This document shows, in pieces, positions 9,082 to 19,161 of a stretch of 64,000 nt of DNA. How positions within the stretch are numbered: position 1 is the first letter of the stretch; each line of letters opens with the position of its first letter. Source of the stretch: an uncultured bacterium (GTDB lineage Bacteria; Muiribacteriota; Ozemobacteria; Ozemobacterales; Ozemobacteraceae). The notes under the pieces are model-generated. The model was not told the DNA's origin. It did no database searches and was given only the letters and a program-made list of their open reading frames with translations. The stretch lies in NCBI GenBank assembly GCA_964389325.1, contig CAYMEN010000011.1, positions 52,252-116,251 of the forward strand, written 5' to 3'. The translations under genes were made by a program, and so were the position numbers.

Positions 9082-10332
9082 ATGAAAGAAGCACCTCATC
9101 TGAAACTCGACAAGAGCCTCGCCGAGTTCGAGCTGGCGAAGACCCTGGTTCCTGGCGGTGTCGCGGGCATCCGGCGTCCCTACAACTTCGTCGAGGGCGA
9201 GTATCCGATCTATTTCACCGACGGCCAGGGGTGCCGCGTGCGCGACGTCGACGGGAACGAGTACATCGACTACCTGTGCGCCTACGGCCCGATCATCCTC
9301 GGCTACCGCGAGAAGGAAGTCGATGATGCGGTCATCCGCCAGATCCAGGAGCACGGGTTCTGTTTTTCACTGACACAGCCGATCCAGAACAAACTCGTCG
9401 AGAAACTGCGCGAAGTGATCCCGAGCTGCGAGATGGCCGCGTTCGTGAAGACCGGCTCCGACGCGACGACCCTCGCCACGCGCGTTGCCCGCTGCTATAC
9501 CGGTCGCACGAAGATCCTGCGGTGCGGGTATCACGGCTGGCACGACTGGTGCGTCGAGGTGAAGGGCGGCATTCCCGAGAAGCTGTACGAGGACATCCAC
9601 GAGTTCCACTACAACAACCTCGAGGAGCTCGAGACTTTGCTGAAACAGCACGGCGGCGATACCGCCGGCATCATCGTCACCCCGTTCGGCCACCCGCTCG
9701 CCCTGCCCCTCCAGGAGCCCAAGCCGGGCTTCCTCCAGAGCGTACGCAAACTGGCCGATACATATGGATGCGTATTGATCTTCGACGAGATCCGGTCCGG
9801 CTTCCGCGTCTCGATCGGCGGCGCGCAGAAACACTACGGTGTCACGCCCGACCTTTCCTGCTTCGGGAAGGCGCTCGCGAACGGATACGAGATCAGCGCG
9901 CTCGTCGGCAAGGCCCCGTTCATGAAGAAGCTCGAGAAAGAGGCGTTCGTCTCCTCGACGTTCTTCCCGAACAGCCTGGCCATGGTCGCGGCCCTCAAGA
10001 CGCTCGAGATCATGCAGCGCGACAAGGTGCTCGACGTGATGTGGAAGAAAGGCGAGACGTTCATCGCCGACATGCGCAAGGTCGTCGCCGATGCCGACTG
10101 CGGCGCGGAAGTGTCCGGCATCCCGATGATGCAGTTCATCACGTTCGCCAAGGATGCGACCGGCGCCTACAAGAAGAAGCGGCACGACTTCTACGCCCAG
10201 CTGATCCGGCGCGGCGTGTTCATGCAGCCGTACCACCACGGCTACATCTGCCATCGGCACACCGAAGCCGATCTGAAACACACCATCGACATGATCGCCG
10301 AGTCGCTCGCATACGTGCGGGCGAAGTACTGA
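9082..10332 (+). CDS. kat: Class III PLP aminotransferase, probable 3-aminobutyryl-CoA aminotransferase
   Basis: 'VPGGVAGIRRPYNFVEGEYPI', 'LIFDEIRSGFR', 'PDLSCFGKALANG', 'FMQPYHHGYICHRH' match my recollection of Cloacimonas Kat; sits inside the lysine fermentation operon. Confidence 0.8.
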   Translation: MKEAPHLKLDKSLAEFELAKTLVPGGVAGIRRPYNFVEGEYPIYFTDGQGCRVRDVDGNEYIDYLCAYGPIILGYREKEVDDAVIRQIQEHGFCFSLTQPIQNKLVEKLREVIPSCEMAAFVKTGSDATTLATRVARCYTGRTKILRCGYHGWHDWCVEVKGGIPEKLYEDIHEFHYNNLEELETLLKQHGGDTAGIIVTPFGHPLALPLQEPKPGFLQSVRKLADTYGCVLIFDEIRSGFRVSIGGAQKHYGVTPDLSCFGKALANGYEISALVGKAPFMKKLEKEAFVSSTFFPNSLAMVAALKTLEIMQRDKVLDVMWKKGETFIADMRKVVADADCGAEVSGIPMMQFITFAKDATGAYKKKRHDFYAQLIRRGVFMQPYHHGYICHRHTEADLKHTIDMIAESLAYVRAKY

Positions 10333-10356
10333 GCGCATGGAGGTATATCTGTAGAT

Positions 10357-11187
10357 ATGGATAAGCTGATCATCACCGCCGCCATCTGCGGCGCGGAAGT
10401 GACCAAGGACCACAACCCGGCCGTGCCGTACACGCTGGCCGAGATCGCCCGCGAGGCGAAAGCCGCCCGTGATGCGGGGGCGTCCATCATCCACCTGCAT
10501 GTGCGCGAGGACGACGGGAAGCCGACCCAGTCGGCGAAACGGTTCGAGGCCGCCATCAAGGCGATCCGCGAGGTTTGCCCCGACGTCATCATCCAGCCCT
10601 CGACAGGCGGCGCCGTCGGCATGACGAACGAGGAGCGGATGCAGCCGCTCCAGCTGAAGCCCGAAATGGCCACGCTCGACTGCGGCACCGTGAACTTCGG
10701 CGGGGACGAGATCTTCGTGAACACCGAGAACACGATCATCGAGTTCGCGGCACGCATGAAGGCGAACGGCATCAAACCCGAGATCGAGGTGTTCGACAAG
10801 GGAATGATAGATCTCGCTATACGATTGAACCGCAAGGGCCACATTCCCGGACCGATGCACTTCAACTTCGTTCTTGGAACCTCGTGCGCCATCGCCGCCG
10901 AGCCGCGCGATCTGCTCTACATGGCCCAGAGCATCCCGGCCGGCAGCACCTTCACGGCGAGCGGCATCGGCCGCAACGCCTTCACGACGGCGGCCGTCGC
11001 GATCGTGCTGGGCGGCCACGTGCGCGTGGGCTTCGAGGACAACGTGAACCTCGCGAAGGGCGTTCCCGCGAAATCGAACGGGGAGCTCGTCGCGAAAGTC
11101 GTCCGTATCGCTCATGAACTGGGCCGCGAGGTTGCGACCCCGGCCGAGGCGCGCGCGATTCTCGGCCTGACCGGAGGAAACGCATGA
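10357..11187 (+). CDS. kce: 3-keto-5-aminohexanoate cleavage enzyme
   Basis: 'LIITAAICGAE', 'IIHLHVRE', 'QPSTGGAVGM', 'GHVRVGFEDN'. Confidence 0.95.
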   Translation: MDKLIITAAICGAEVTKDHNPAVPYTLAEIAREAKAARDAGASIIHLHVREDDGKPTQSAKRFEAAIKAIREVCPDVIIQPSTGGAVGMTNEERMQPLQLKPEMATLDCGTVNFGGDEIFVNTENTIIEFAARMKANGIKPEIEVFDKGMIDLAIRLNRKGHIPGPMHFNFVLGTSCAIAAEPRDLLYMAQSIPAGSTFTASGIGRNAFTTAAVAIVLGGHVRVGFEDNVNLAKGVPAKSNGELVAKVVRIAHELGREVATPAEARAILGLTGGNA

Positions 11188-11843
11188 AGAAGTTCGCTCA
11201 GAAAAACGATCTGAAGCACCTGTTCAAGGATGGCCAGACCATCATGGTCGGCGGATTCATGACCTGCGGCACGCCCGAAGGGCTCGTCGACCTGCTGGTC
11301 GAGATGAACGTGCGCGATCTGACGATCGTCTGCAACGACGCCGGCCTCCCCGGAAAGGGCGTCGGCAAGCTGCTGAAGAACAACCAGATCAAAAAATTGA
11401 TCGCGTCGCACATCGGCCTGAATCCCGAAGCGGGCCAGCAGATGAATGACGGTGTCCTGGAAGTCCAGCTCGTGCCGCAGGGAACGCTCGCCGAGCGCAT
11501 CCGGGCTGGTGGCGCCGGCCTGGGCGGCATCCTGACGCATGTCGGCGTCGGCACGATCGTCGAGGAAGAGAAGCAGAAAATCGTCGTGGACGGCCATGAA
11601 TTCCTGCTGGAGCTTCCCCTGAAGGCCGACGTGACCCTGCTGTATGCCAGCCGGGCCGACAAGACCGGAAATGTCTATTACAAGGGCACGACGCGCAACT
11701 TCAATCCCGTCATGGCGATGGCCGCCGAGACCGTCGTCTGCGAGGCCGACGAGGTCGTCGAGATCGGGCAGATGGCGCCCGAAGACGCGATGACCCCCGG
11801 CGTGCTCGTCGATTACGTCGTGGCGAAGGGAGGCTCGAAATGA
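11184..11843 (+). CDS. atoD: Acetoacetate/butyrate CoA-transferase subunit A
   Basis: '[13 protein letters not shown]', 'SHIGLNP', '[15 protein letters not shown]'. Confidence 0.92.
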   Translation: MKKFAQKNDLKHLFKDGQTIMVGGFMTCGTPEGLVDLLVEMNVRDLTIVCNDAGLPGKGVGKLLKNNQIKKLIASHIGLNPEAGQQMNDGVLEVQLVPQGTLAERIRAGGAGLGGILTHVGVGTIVEEEKQKIVVDGHEFLLELPLKADVTLLYASRADKTGNVYYKGTTRNFNPVMAMAAETVVCEADEVVEIGQMAPEDAMTPGVLVDYVVAKGGSK

Positions 11844-12505
11844 TTCCGAATCCCGATCAGGCGAAAACCATCATCGCGAAACGCATCGCGGCCGAACTGA
11901 AGGACGGCTGGCTGGTGAATCTCGGTATCGGGCTTCCCACGCTGGTTGCGAACTATATTCCCGAAGGCGTGCATGTCACCTTCCAGGCCGAGAACGGCAT
12001 GACGGGCATGGGGCCCGTTCCCGAGGCCGGCAAAGAAAACCTGCAGATCCAGAACGCGGGCGGCCAGAACGTGACGATTCTGCCTGGTGGCTCGTTCTTC
12101 GACAGCCTGACCTCGTTCTCGCTGATCCGCGGCGGCCACGTTGACGCCACGATTCTCGGCACGCTCGAGGTCGACCAGGACGGCAACCTCGCGAACTGGA
12201 TCATCCCCGGCAAAAAAGTGCCGGGAATGGGCGGTGCGATGGATCTCGTGTCCGGCGCGAAGCTGGTGATCGTCGCGACGCTGCATACCGAGAAGGGGCG
12301 GCCGAAGATCCTGAAGAAGTGCAAACTGCCCTTGACCGCGCATCACGAGGTCAATATGATCGTAACCGAGCTCGGCGTCATGGACGTGCGGCCGAGCGGT
12401 CTGGTCCTCCGCGAACACCACCCCGACGTGACGATCGAGGAGATCAAATCGCTGACCGAAGCCGACCTGATCATTTCCGAGCATATCAAGCCCATGGCGC
12501 TCTGA
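11840..12505 (+). CDS. atoA: Acetoacetate/butyrate CoA-transferase subunit B
   Basis: 'VNLGIGLPT', 'FQAENG' (catalytic Glu), 'GMGGAMDLV'. Confidence 0.92.
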   Translation: MIPNPDQAKTIIAKRIAAELKDGWLVNLGIGLPTLVANYIPEGVHVTFQAENGMTGMGPVPEAGKENLQIQNAGGQNVTILPGGSFFDSLTSFSLIRGGHVDATILGTLEVDQDGNLANWIIPGKKVPGMGGAMDLVSGAKLVIVATLHTEKGRPKILKKCKLPLTAHHEVNMIVTELGVMDVRPSGLVLREHHPDVTIEEIKSLTEADLIISEHIKPMAL

Positions 12506-12537
12506 TGGCGCGCCAGACATCAGGACAAGGAGAGATT

Positions 12538-13578
12538 ATGAAGACAGGCTGCAAATACGGAACCCATCGCGTTATCGAGCCCAAGGGCGTTCTGCCGCAG
12601 GCGGCGGATGTCGTTTCCAATGACATGAATATCTTCGACAATGAGATCCTGATCGATGTCGAGGCGCTGAATATCGATTCGGCCAGTTTCCATCAGCTGA
12701 AGGAAGCCGCGGGCGGCGACGAGGAGAAGCTCAAGGCCAGCATCTGCGAGATCGTGCGCCAGAAGGGCAAGATGAAGAACCCGGTCACCGGTTCGGGCGG
12801 CGTGTTGATCGGCAAGGTCGCCAAGATCGGCCCGAAGCTGGAAAAGAAGATCGCGCTCAAGCCCGGCGACAAGATCGTGACGCTGGTTTCGCTTTCCCAG
12901 ACGCCGCTCCGCATCGACTCGATCGACAAGGTCCACATGAAGATCGACCGCGTCGACATCAAGGGCCAGGCGATCCTGTTCGAGACCGGCCTGTATGCTA
13001 AAATACCGACCGATATACCGGAAGCGGCCGCGATGGCGGCTCTCGATGTCGCCGGCGCCCCGGCCCAGACCGCGAAACTCGTCCGCCCCGGACAGAAGGT
13101 CCTGATCCTCGGCGGAACCGGCAAGTCCGGCATCCTGTGCGCGTATGAAGCCCGCAAGCGTGTCGGCCCGACCGGCCTTGTCGTCGGCATCGGCCAGAGC
13201 GAGAAGAACATCCAGCGGTTGAAGGATCTCGGCTTCTGCCACCACGTCATCAAAGCCAACGCCCAGGATCCGATGGATGTGCTGACCAAGGCGATGGAAG
13301 CCTCGGGTGGCGCCGAGTATGACATCACGATCAATTGCCTGAACGTGCCGAATTCCGAGATGTCCTGTATTCTGCCCGTCCGCGACGGCGGCATCGTCTA
13401 CTTCTTCTCGATGGCGACGAGCTTCACCAAAGCCGCTCTGGGCGCCGAAGGCGTCGGCAAGGACGTCGATATGATCATCGGAAACGGGTACACGAAGGAC
13501 CATGCCGAGATAACGCTCCAGCTATTGCGCGAGAGCCCGGCCCTGATGAAGCTCTTCCGCGAATCCTACACGGCCTGA
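12538..13578 (+). CDS. kdd: L-erythro-3,5-diaminohexanoate dehydrogenase
   Basis: 'GCKYGTHRVIEPKGVLPQ', 'NPVTGSGG', 'LDVAGAPAQT', 'YFFSMATSFTKAAL', 'IGNGYTKDHA'. Confidence 0.95.
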   Translation: MKTGCKYGTHRVIEPKGVLPQAADVVSNDMNIFDNEILIDVEALNIDSASFHQLKEAAGGDEEKLKASICEIVRQKGKMKNPVTGSGGVLIGKVAKIGPKLEKKIALKPGDKIVTLVSLSQTPLRIDSIDKVHMKIDRVDIKGQAILFETGLYAKIPTDIPEAAAMAALDVAGAPAQTAKLVRPGQKVLILGGTGKSGILCAYEARKRVGPTGLVVGIGQSEKNIQRLKDLGFCHHVIKANAQDPMDVLTKAMEASGGAEYDITINCLNVPNSEMSCILPVRDGGIVYFFSMATSFTKAALGAEGVGKDVDMIIGNGYTKDHAEITLQLLRESPALMKLFRESYTA

Positions 13579-13591
13579 CGGGGAACGACGA

Positions 13592-14860
13592 ATGGCAGTC
13601 AATCGCAGAAAAATCCTGTTCAAGGACGTTCCCGACGAGCAGTGGAACGACTGGCGCTGGCAACTTGCGAACCGGGTGACGGACGTCGAGTCGCTGAAAA
13701 AATACATTTCGCTGACCAAATCGGAGGAAGAGGGCATCCAGAAATGCCTCCAGTCACTCCGCATGTCGATCACGCCGTATTACCTGTCGAAAATCGACCC
13801 CGACAACCCGGCGTGTCCGATCCGCAAGCAGGCGATCCCGACGGTCGACGAACTGTACAAGTCCGAGTCCGACCTCGTCGACCCGCTTCATGAAGACGGC
13901 GATTCGCCGGTGCCGGGCCTCACGCACCGGTATCCCGACCGCGCGCTGCTGCTGATCACCGACCAGTGTGCGATGTACTGTCGGCACTGCACGAGGCGCC
14001 GGTTCGCCGGCCAGACTGACCTGCCGCTTCCGATGGCCCAGATCGACGCGGCCATCGAATACATCCGGAACACGCCGCAGATCCGCGACGTGCTCCTGTC
14101 GGGCGGCGACCCGCTGCTGTATTCTGAGGACAAGCTCGAGATCATCATCAAGAAACTGCGCGCGATTCCGCACGTCGAGATCGTCCGGTTGGGCTCGCGC
14201 ACACCGGTCGTCATGCCGCAGCGCATCACCCCCGCCCTGGTCGAGATGCTGAAAAAATATCATCCGATATGGCTCAACACGCATTTCAACCATCCCGACG
14301 AGCTGAGCGAAGAGTCGATCCGGGCCTGCGAAATGCTGGCGAATGCCGGCATTCCGCTCGGCAACCAGTCGGTGCTGCTGCGCGGCATCAACGACTGCGT
14401 GCATGTGATGCGGCGCCTGGTGCATGGCCTCGTCAGGGCCCGGGTGCGGCCGTATTACATCTACCAGTGCGACCTGTCGGTGGGCCTCTCCCACTTCCGG
14501 ACGCCGGTGGCGGTCGGCATCGACATCATCGAAGGGCTGCGGGGCCACACGTCGGGCTTCTGCGTGCCGACCTTCGTCGTCGACGCGCCGGGCGGCGGCG
14601 GCAAGATCCCCGTCATGCCCGACTACGCCATCTCGCACGGGTACAACAAGGTGATCCTGCGCAACTTCGAAGGCGTCATCTCCTGCTACGAGGAGCCGAG
14701 CAACTACAAGCCCGGCTGCCGGTGCGACGTGTGCCGCGGCGAGCGGGAAGTGAAGCTCGAAGGCATCGCGGGCCTGTCTCACCGCAAAATCGCCCTCGAG
14801 CCCGAGGTCACCCAGCGCAAGCTGCGCGGCAAGAAGCGCAAGGCCGGAAACGACCATTGA
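13592..14860 (+). CDS. kamA: Lysine 2,3-aminomutase (radical SAM, PLP)
   Basis: 'CAMYCRHCTR' CxxxCxxC motif, 'LLSGGDPL', 'NQSVLLRGIND', 'DAPGGGGKIP'. Confidence 0.97.
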   Translation: MAVNRRKILFKDVPDEQWNDWRWQLANRVTDVESLKKYISLTKSEEEGIQKCLQSLRMSITPYYLSKIDPDNPACPIRKQAIPTVDELYKSESDLVDPLHEDGDSPVPGLTHRYPDRALLLITDQCAMYCRHCTRRRFAGQTDLPLPMAQIDAAIEYIRNTPQIRDVLLSGGDPLLYSEDKLEIIIKKLRAIPHVEIVRLGSRTPVVMPQRITPALVEMLKKYHPIWLNTHFNHPDELSEESIRACEMLANAGIPLGNQSVLLRGINDCVHVMRRLVHGLVRARVRPYYIYQCDLSVGLSHFRTPVAVGIDIIEGLRGHTSGFCVPTFVVDAPGGGGKIPVMPDYAISHGYNKVILRNFEGVISCYEEPSNYKPGCRCDVCRGEREVKLEGIAGLSHRKIALEPEVTQRKLRGKKRKAGNDH

Positions 14861-14867
14861 CCGTCCG

Positions 14868-14897
14868 GTTCGGGCGCACCCTCGGGTGCGCCCGAAC
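14868..14897. repeat. Perfect 14-bp-arm palindrome downstream of kamA
   Basis: GTTCGGGCGCACCC-TC-GGGTGCGCCCGAAC. Confidence 0.85.
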
Positions 14898-14927
14898 GTC
14901 TCATGAAACACGAATTGCCACGCGTCT

Positions 14928-14956
14928 GTAGGGGCGGGTTTCAAACCCGCCCCTAC
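14928..14956. repeat. GTAG-type REP palindrome, copy 1
   Basis: GTAGGGGCGGGTTT-C-AAACCCGCCCCTAC; second copy at 57683-57710. Confidence 0.85.
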
Positions 14957-15017
14957 GTGAACATGGTGAATATATATATAATACATAATAAAATACGATG
15001 TTCGTGAGGTCCGGAAC

Positions 15018-16109
15018 GTGGTGAGGTGCATCGAACGGCTGTCGCGGGCGGAGCTTTTGGCGAAGCTCCGGACGTTGTCGTCGGCATGTTCGAGTCTCGC
15101 CTTCGTCGGCTCGGGGCAGGGGACGGGCAAGACGACCGCGTTGCAGGCGTTTCTCGACGCCCATCTCGGCGAGCCGGTCGGGGTGACGTCGGTGGGCGTC
15201 GACGGCGCCGCGCTGAACGGGGCTTCCGAGCGGAGCCGGGCGGTGCTGACCGTGCCGCGCGGAGCCATTCTCGCGACCGCCTCGGGCTGCCTCGCCCACG
15301 GGGACATCACCCGCGAAATCCTGGCGGATACGGGGATTCACACGCCCCTCGGCGAAGTGCTGATCGTGAAGGCGCACAGCGGCGGCTGGACCGAGCTCGC
15401 CGGGCCCTCGGTCGTAGCCGATCTGACGCGCGTCTGCCGGCTTCTCGAGTCGCACGGCGCCCGCCGGGTGCTCGTCGACGGCGCACAGGGCCGCCTGAGT
15501 CTTGCCGCGCCGTCGGGCGGCGGTGCCGCCGTGTTCACCGTAAGGCCTGACCCGGCACGGTCCGTCGAGAGCTGCGTCGCGGACGCCGGCCGTGTTCTGG
15601 CACAGTTGTCCCTTGCCGCGGCCCCGGCCGACATCTCCGGCCGGTATCTTGCCAGCGAGAGCGAAGACCGGCCGGCGAAACTTCTCGTCATCGACCGTGA
15701 CGCGAAGAAAACGCGTGGTTTCGCGACAGCCGGGATGGATCGCGATACGGCCGATGCGGTTCGCGACTCGACCGTGGCGATCGGCATCCGCGGAGCGGTG
15801 ACGAACGAGGTCGTCGACCGGCTCCTCGGGCAAAAGCCGTCGGCCCGTGAACGCGGCTGGGCAGGGCTTGTGCTCGTCACCGAGGACGGCACCCGCCTGT
15901 TCCTCGACGACCGTCGCCGTGAACGACTGCGCGCCGCCGGCATCGACGTCCGGGCCGCCCGCCCCCTCACCGTCGCCTGCGTCGCGGTGCACCCCGGCTC
16001 CGTTGCGGCCGGCCCGGATGCCGCCACCGTCTTCATGAAGACCCTGTCTGCGGCTGTTTCCCTGCCGCTCGTGGATGTGATCGGAGGCTGGTATGTTGCC
16101 GGGATTTAG
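15018..16109 (+). CDS. kamB: KamB-like protein (lysine 5,6-aminomutase reactivase small subunit)
   Basis: Position between kamA and the MutS-like gene; N-terminal P-loop-like 'GSGQGTGKTT'; 'GPSV' and 'LVDGA' motifs; start uncertain. Confidence 0.7.
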   Translation: MVRCIERLSRAELLAKLRTLSSACSSLAFVGSGQGTGKTTALQAFLDAHLGEPVGVTSVGVDGAALNGASERSRAVLTVPRGAILATASGCLAHGDITREILADTGIHTPLGEVLIVKAHSGGWTELAGPSVVADLTRVCRLLESHGARRVLVDGAQGRLSLAAPSGGGAAVFTVRPDPARSVESCVADAGRVLAQLSLAAAPADISGRYLASESEDRPAKLLVIDRDAKKTRGFATAGMDRDTADAVRDSTVAIGIRGAVTNEVVDRLLGQKPSARERGWAGLVLVTEDGTRLFLDDRRRERLRAAGIDVRAARPLTVACVAVHPGSVAAGPDAATVFMKTLSAAVSLPLVDVIGGWYVAGI

Positions 16110-17574
16110 GCGGGAACAGGAAGAACGGATCGGGTTTTCCTGGGTGATGGGGCGATGTGAGCCGCTTACGCCGTTCGGGCATGAGCGGAAGAAGGCGGTT
16201 GCGCCGTTTTCCGCGACGGAGCTGGCGGCGCTGAACCGCGAGTTGGATTCGGTGGGACTGCTGTTGGATTGGTGTCGGGCGAATCGTTCCTGGGTTGATG
16301 ATATGAGGCTGGTGCTGGAGCGGTTCAAGGAGGTCCGGGGGACGCTCGGGCGGCTCGGGGAAGAGGGCCGCGTTCTCGACGAGGTCGATTTGTTCGAGCT
16401 GAAGAACTTCGCCATCAATGCCGGTGATTTTCGTTCCCTGGCCGCTGCCTGCGGCCTTTCTGACGTGCGGGTGGCGGTTCCTGACGTATCGGGGGTGGTG
16501 GCGTCCCTGAATCCCGATCCGCCGGTGACGAGGTCGTTTTTTCTAACCGACTCGTATGCGCCGGAATTAGCCTCCGTCCGGGCTGAGAAGCAGCGTGTGG
16601 AGCGGGAACTCCTGAACGAAGCGGCCGGGGGAAGCTCCGGATCCCGGGATGCGTTGACGGAGCGGCGCCGCGAACTGGTGGTCCGGGAACGGGAAGCCGA
16701 GGAGCAGGTGCGCCGCACCCTGACGGGCCGGCTGCGCACTTCCCTGCCGGCACTCGAATCCTGCGTCGCCGCCGTCGGTACGTTCGACTTCCTGCTGGCG
16801 AAAGCTCTGTTGGCGCTCGAACTGAACGCTGTTCGGCCGGATGTCATAGAGAATGCTTGTAAATATATAATGACGGACGCCGTCAATCCGATGGTGGCGG
16901 CCGAGCTGGCCGATCGGGGCAGGGCGTTCGTGCCGATCTCGGTCGAGCTGGGAACGGGGTCGAATGTGATCACTGGCGCCAACATGGGCGGCAAGAGCGT
17001 CGTGCTGGCGACGGTGACGCTTCACGCGGCGCTGGCGATGTGCGGGTTTTTCGTGCCCGCCGCACGCCTCGTGATGCCGCCGTTGGCGTATCTGTTCTAT
17101 CTGTCCGACGACCTGCAGTCGGTGCAACAGGGGCTGAGCACGTTCGGGGCCGAGGTGGCCGAGGTCGAACGCCTGCTCGGGCTGATGCGGCACGGCGTGG
17201 GACTGGCGGCTCTCGACGAGTTCGCGCGCGGCACCAACCCCGAAGAGGGCGAGGCGCTGATGCGTGCACTTCTCGAGTTCGTCTCGCGGTATAATGGCTT
17301 CTGTCTCGCCTCGACGCATTACGGCAACGTGGTGGGGAAGGGAATGAGGCATTTCCAGGTGATCGGTTTGAAACGGGCCGACTTCGAGGAACTGCGGAGC
17401 CGGCTCGATATCCAGAAGGAGCGGAGCTTCGACCAGTTGCAGGAGCACATGGACTACCGGCTCGAACGGGTCGAGTGGGACAGCCCCCCGCCGCGCGATG
17501 CGGTGCGGGTGGCGGAACTGCTCGGCCTCGACGGGGAACTCCTCGAGCTGGCCCGGGCGAAGCTTCGCGGCTGA
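16093..17574 (+). CDS. kamC: KamC-like MutS-domain ATPase (reactivase large subunit)
   Basis: 'ITGANMGGKS' Walker A, 'LSTFGAEV', 'LDEFARGTNPEEG', 'STHY' MutS domain V motifs; no mismatch-binding domain; lies directly before kamD. Confidence 0.8.
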   Translation: MLPGFRREQEERIGFSWVMGRCEPLTPFGHERKKAVAPFSATELAALNRELDSVGLLLDWCRANRSWVDDMRLVLERFKEVRGTLGRLGEEGRVLDEVDLFELKNFAINAGDFRSLAAACGLSDVRVAVPDVSGVVASLNPDPPVTRSFFLTDSYAPELASVRAEKQRVERELLNEAAGGSSGSRDALTERRRELVVREREAEEQVRRTLTGRLRTSLPALESCVAAVGTFDFLLAKALLALELNAVRPDVIENACKYIMTDAVNPMVAAELADRGRAFVPISVELGTGSNVITGANMGGKSVVLATVTLHAALAMCGFFVPAARLVMPPLAYLFYLSDDLQSVQQGLSTFGAEVAEVERLLGLMRHGVGLAALDEFARGTNPEEGEALMRALLEFVSRYNGFCLASTHYGNVVGKGMRHFQVIGLKRADFEELRSRLDIQKERSFDQLQEHMDYRLERVEWDSPPPRDAVRVAELLGLDGELLELARAKLRG

Positions 17575-17598
17575 ACGAGGAAGGGAATGGAGAATCGG

Positions 17599-19161
17599 AT
17601 GTCACACAGCAAATTGAATCTCGATCCGAAGCGGGTTGCCGAGGCGCGCGAACTGGCTCACAAGATTGCCCTCGACACCCAGAAGTTCATCGACCGTCAC
17701 ACGACGGTGACCGTCGAGCGCGCCGTGCTGCGCCTCCTGGGCATCGACGGCGTCGATGCCGAAGAGGTGCCGCTGCCGAACGTCGTCGTCGCGCACCTGC
17801 AAAAGGCGGGCAAGCTGGCGCTGGGCGCCGCGAACGCGATCGGAAACGCGGTCCTCAGAACCGGCCTCGCGCCCCAGCAGATCGCCGAGCGCACCTCGAA
17901 AGGCGAGCTCGATTTGGCCGCCCTTCCGATGGGCGATCTGTTCGAAGTCCGGGCGAAGGTGACGGAACTGGCCCGCGCGACCGTCGAGCGCATCCGGTCG
18001 AACCGGGCGCGGCGCGAGGAGACGCTGAGCGCCGTAGGCGACAAGACGGGGCCGCTCCTGTACGTCATCGTCGCCACGGGAAATATTCACGAAGATATCG
18101 TTCAGGCCCGCGCCGCGGCGAAACAGGGCGCCGACGTCATCGCCGTCATTCGCACGACCGGCCAGAGCCTGCTCGACTACGTTCCGTTCGGGGCCACGAC
18201 CGAAGGCTTCGGCGGCACCTATGCCACCCAGGAGAACTTCCGGCTCATGCGCGCCGCCCTCGACGAGGAGGGCGGAAAACTCGGCCGCTACATCAGGCTC
18301 TGCAACTACTGTTCCGGGTTGTGCATGCCCGAGATCGCCTCGATGGGGGCCCTCGAACGGCTCGACGTCATGCTCAACGACGCCCTGTACGGCATCCTGT
18401 TCCGCGACATCAACATGCAGCGCACGATGGTCGACCAGTATTTCTCCCGCATCATCAATGGGTTCGCCGGCGTCATCATCAACACCGGCGAGGACAACTA
18501 CCTGACCACCGACGACGCGTTCGAGGCCGCGCACACCGTCCTGGCCTCGCAGTTCATCAACGAGCAGTTCGCCGTGCTGGCCGGGCTGCCCGAGGAACAG
18601 ATGGGGCTGGGCCACGCGTTCGAGATGGATCCCGAGCTGAAGAAAGGCTTCCTCTACGAACTGGCGCAGGCACAGATGGCCCGTGAGATCTTCCCGCGCG
18701 CGCCCCTCAAATACATGCCGCCGACCAAGTTCATGACCGGCAACATCTTCCGCGGCCACGTGCAGGACGCCCTGTTCAACATGGTCACCACGATGACGAA
18801 CCAGCGCATCTGCCTGCTGGGCATGCTCACCGAGGCGATCCACACGCCCTTCATGTCGGACCGGTATCTGGCCATAGAAAACGCTCGTTATATATTCAGC
18901 ACGATGGAAGGGCTCGGCGACGAGATCGAGTTCAAGAAAGGCGGCGTCATCGAGCAGCGCGCCCATGCGGTCCTGGACGATGCCGCCCGGCTGCTCGCCG
19001 AGATCGAGCGCGATGGCCTGTTCAAGACGCTCGAAAAAGGCAAATTCGCGGGCGTGAAACGGCCGGTCAACGGCGGCAAGGGCCTCGAAGGGGTCGTGGA
19101 GAAAGATACCGCTTACGTCAATCCGTTCATCGACCTGATGCTGGGAGGGAAGAAATCATGA
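17599..19161 (+). CDS. kamD: D-lysine/beta-lysine 5,6-aminomutase alpha subunit
   Basis: 'HTTVTVERAVLRLLGIDG', 'YVIVATGNI', 'NYCSGLCMPEIA', 'KYMPPTKFMTG'; alternative start at 17587. Confidence 0.96.
   Translation: MSHSKLNLDPKRVAEARELAHKIALDTQKFIDRHTTVTVERAVLRLLGIDGVDAEEVPLPNVVVAHLQKAGKLALGAANAIGNAVLRTGLAPQQIAERTSKGELDLAALPMGDLFEVRAKVTELARATVERIRSNRARREETLSAVGDKTGPLLYVIVATGNIHEDIVQARAAAKQGADVIAVIRTTGQSLLDYVPFGATTEGFGGTYATQENFRLMRAALDEEGGKLGRYIRLCNYCSGLCMPEIASMGALERLDVMLNDALYGILFRDINMQRTMVDQYFSRIINGFAGVIINTGEDNYLTTDDAFEAAHTVLASQFINEQFAVLAGLPEEQMGLGHAFEMDPELKKGFLYELAQAQMAREIFPRAPLKYMPPTKFMTGNIFRGHVQDALFNMVTTMTNQRICLLGMLTEAIHTPFMSDRYLAIENARYIFSTMEGLGDEIEFKKGGVIEQRAHAVLDDAARLLAEIERDGLFKTLEKGKFAGVKRPVNGGKGLEGVVEKDTAYVNPFIDLMLGGKKS

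Noticed and set aside
9082-10332. Glutamate-1-semialdehyde aminomutase (hemL)
   Set aside because: Same fold family, but the N-terminal and C-terminal motifs and the operon context fit Kat; no hem genes nearby.
16093-17574. DNA mismatch-repair mutS or mutS2
   Set aside because: Only the ATPase region is present, there is no mismatch-binding or Smr domain, and the kamA-kamD context indicates KamC.
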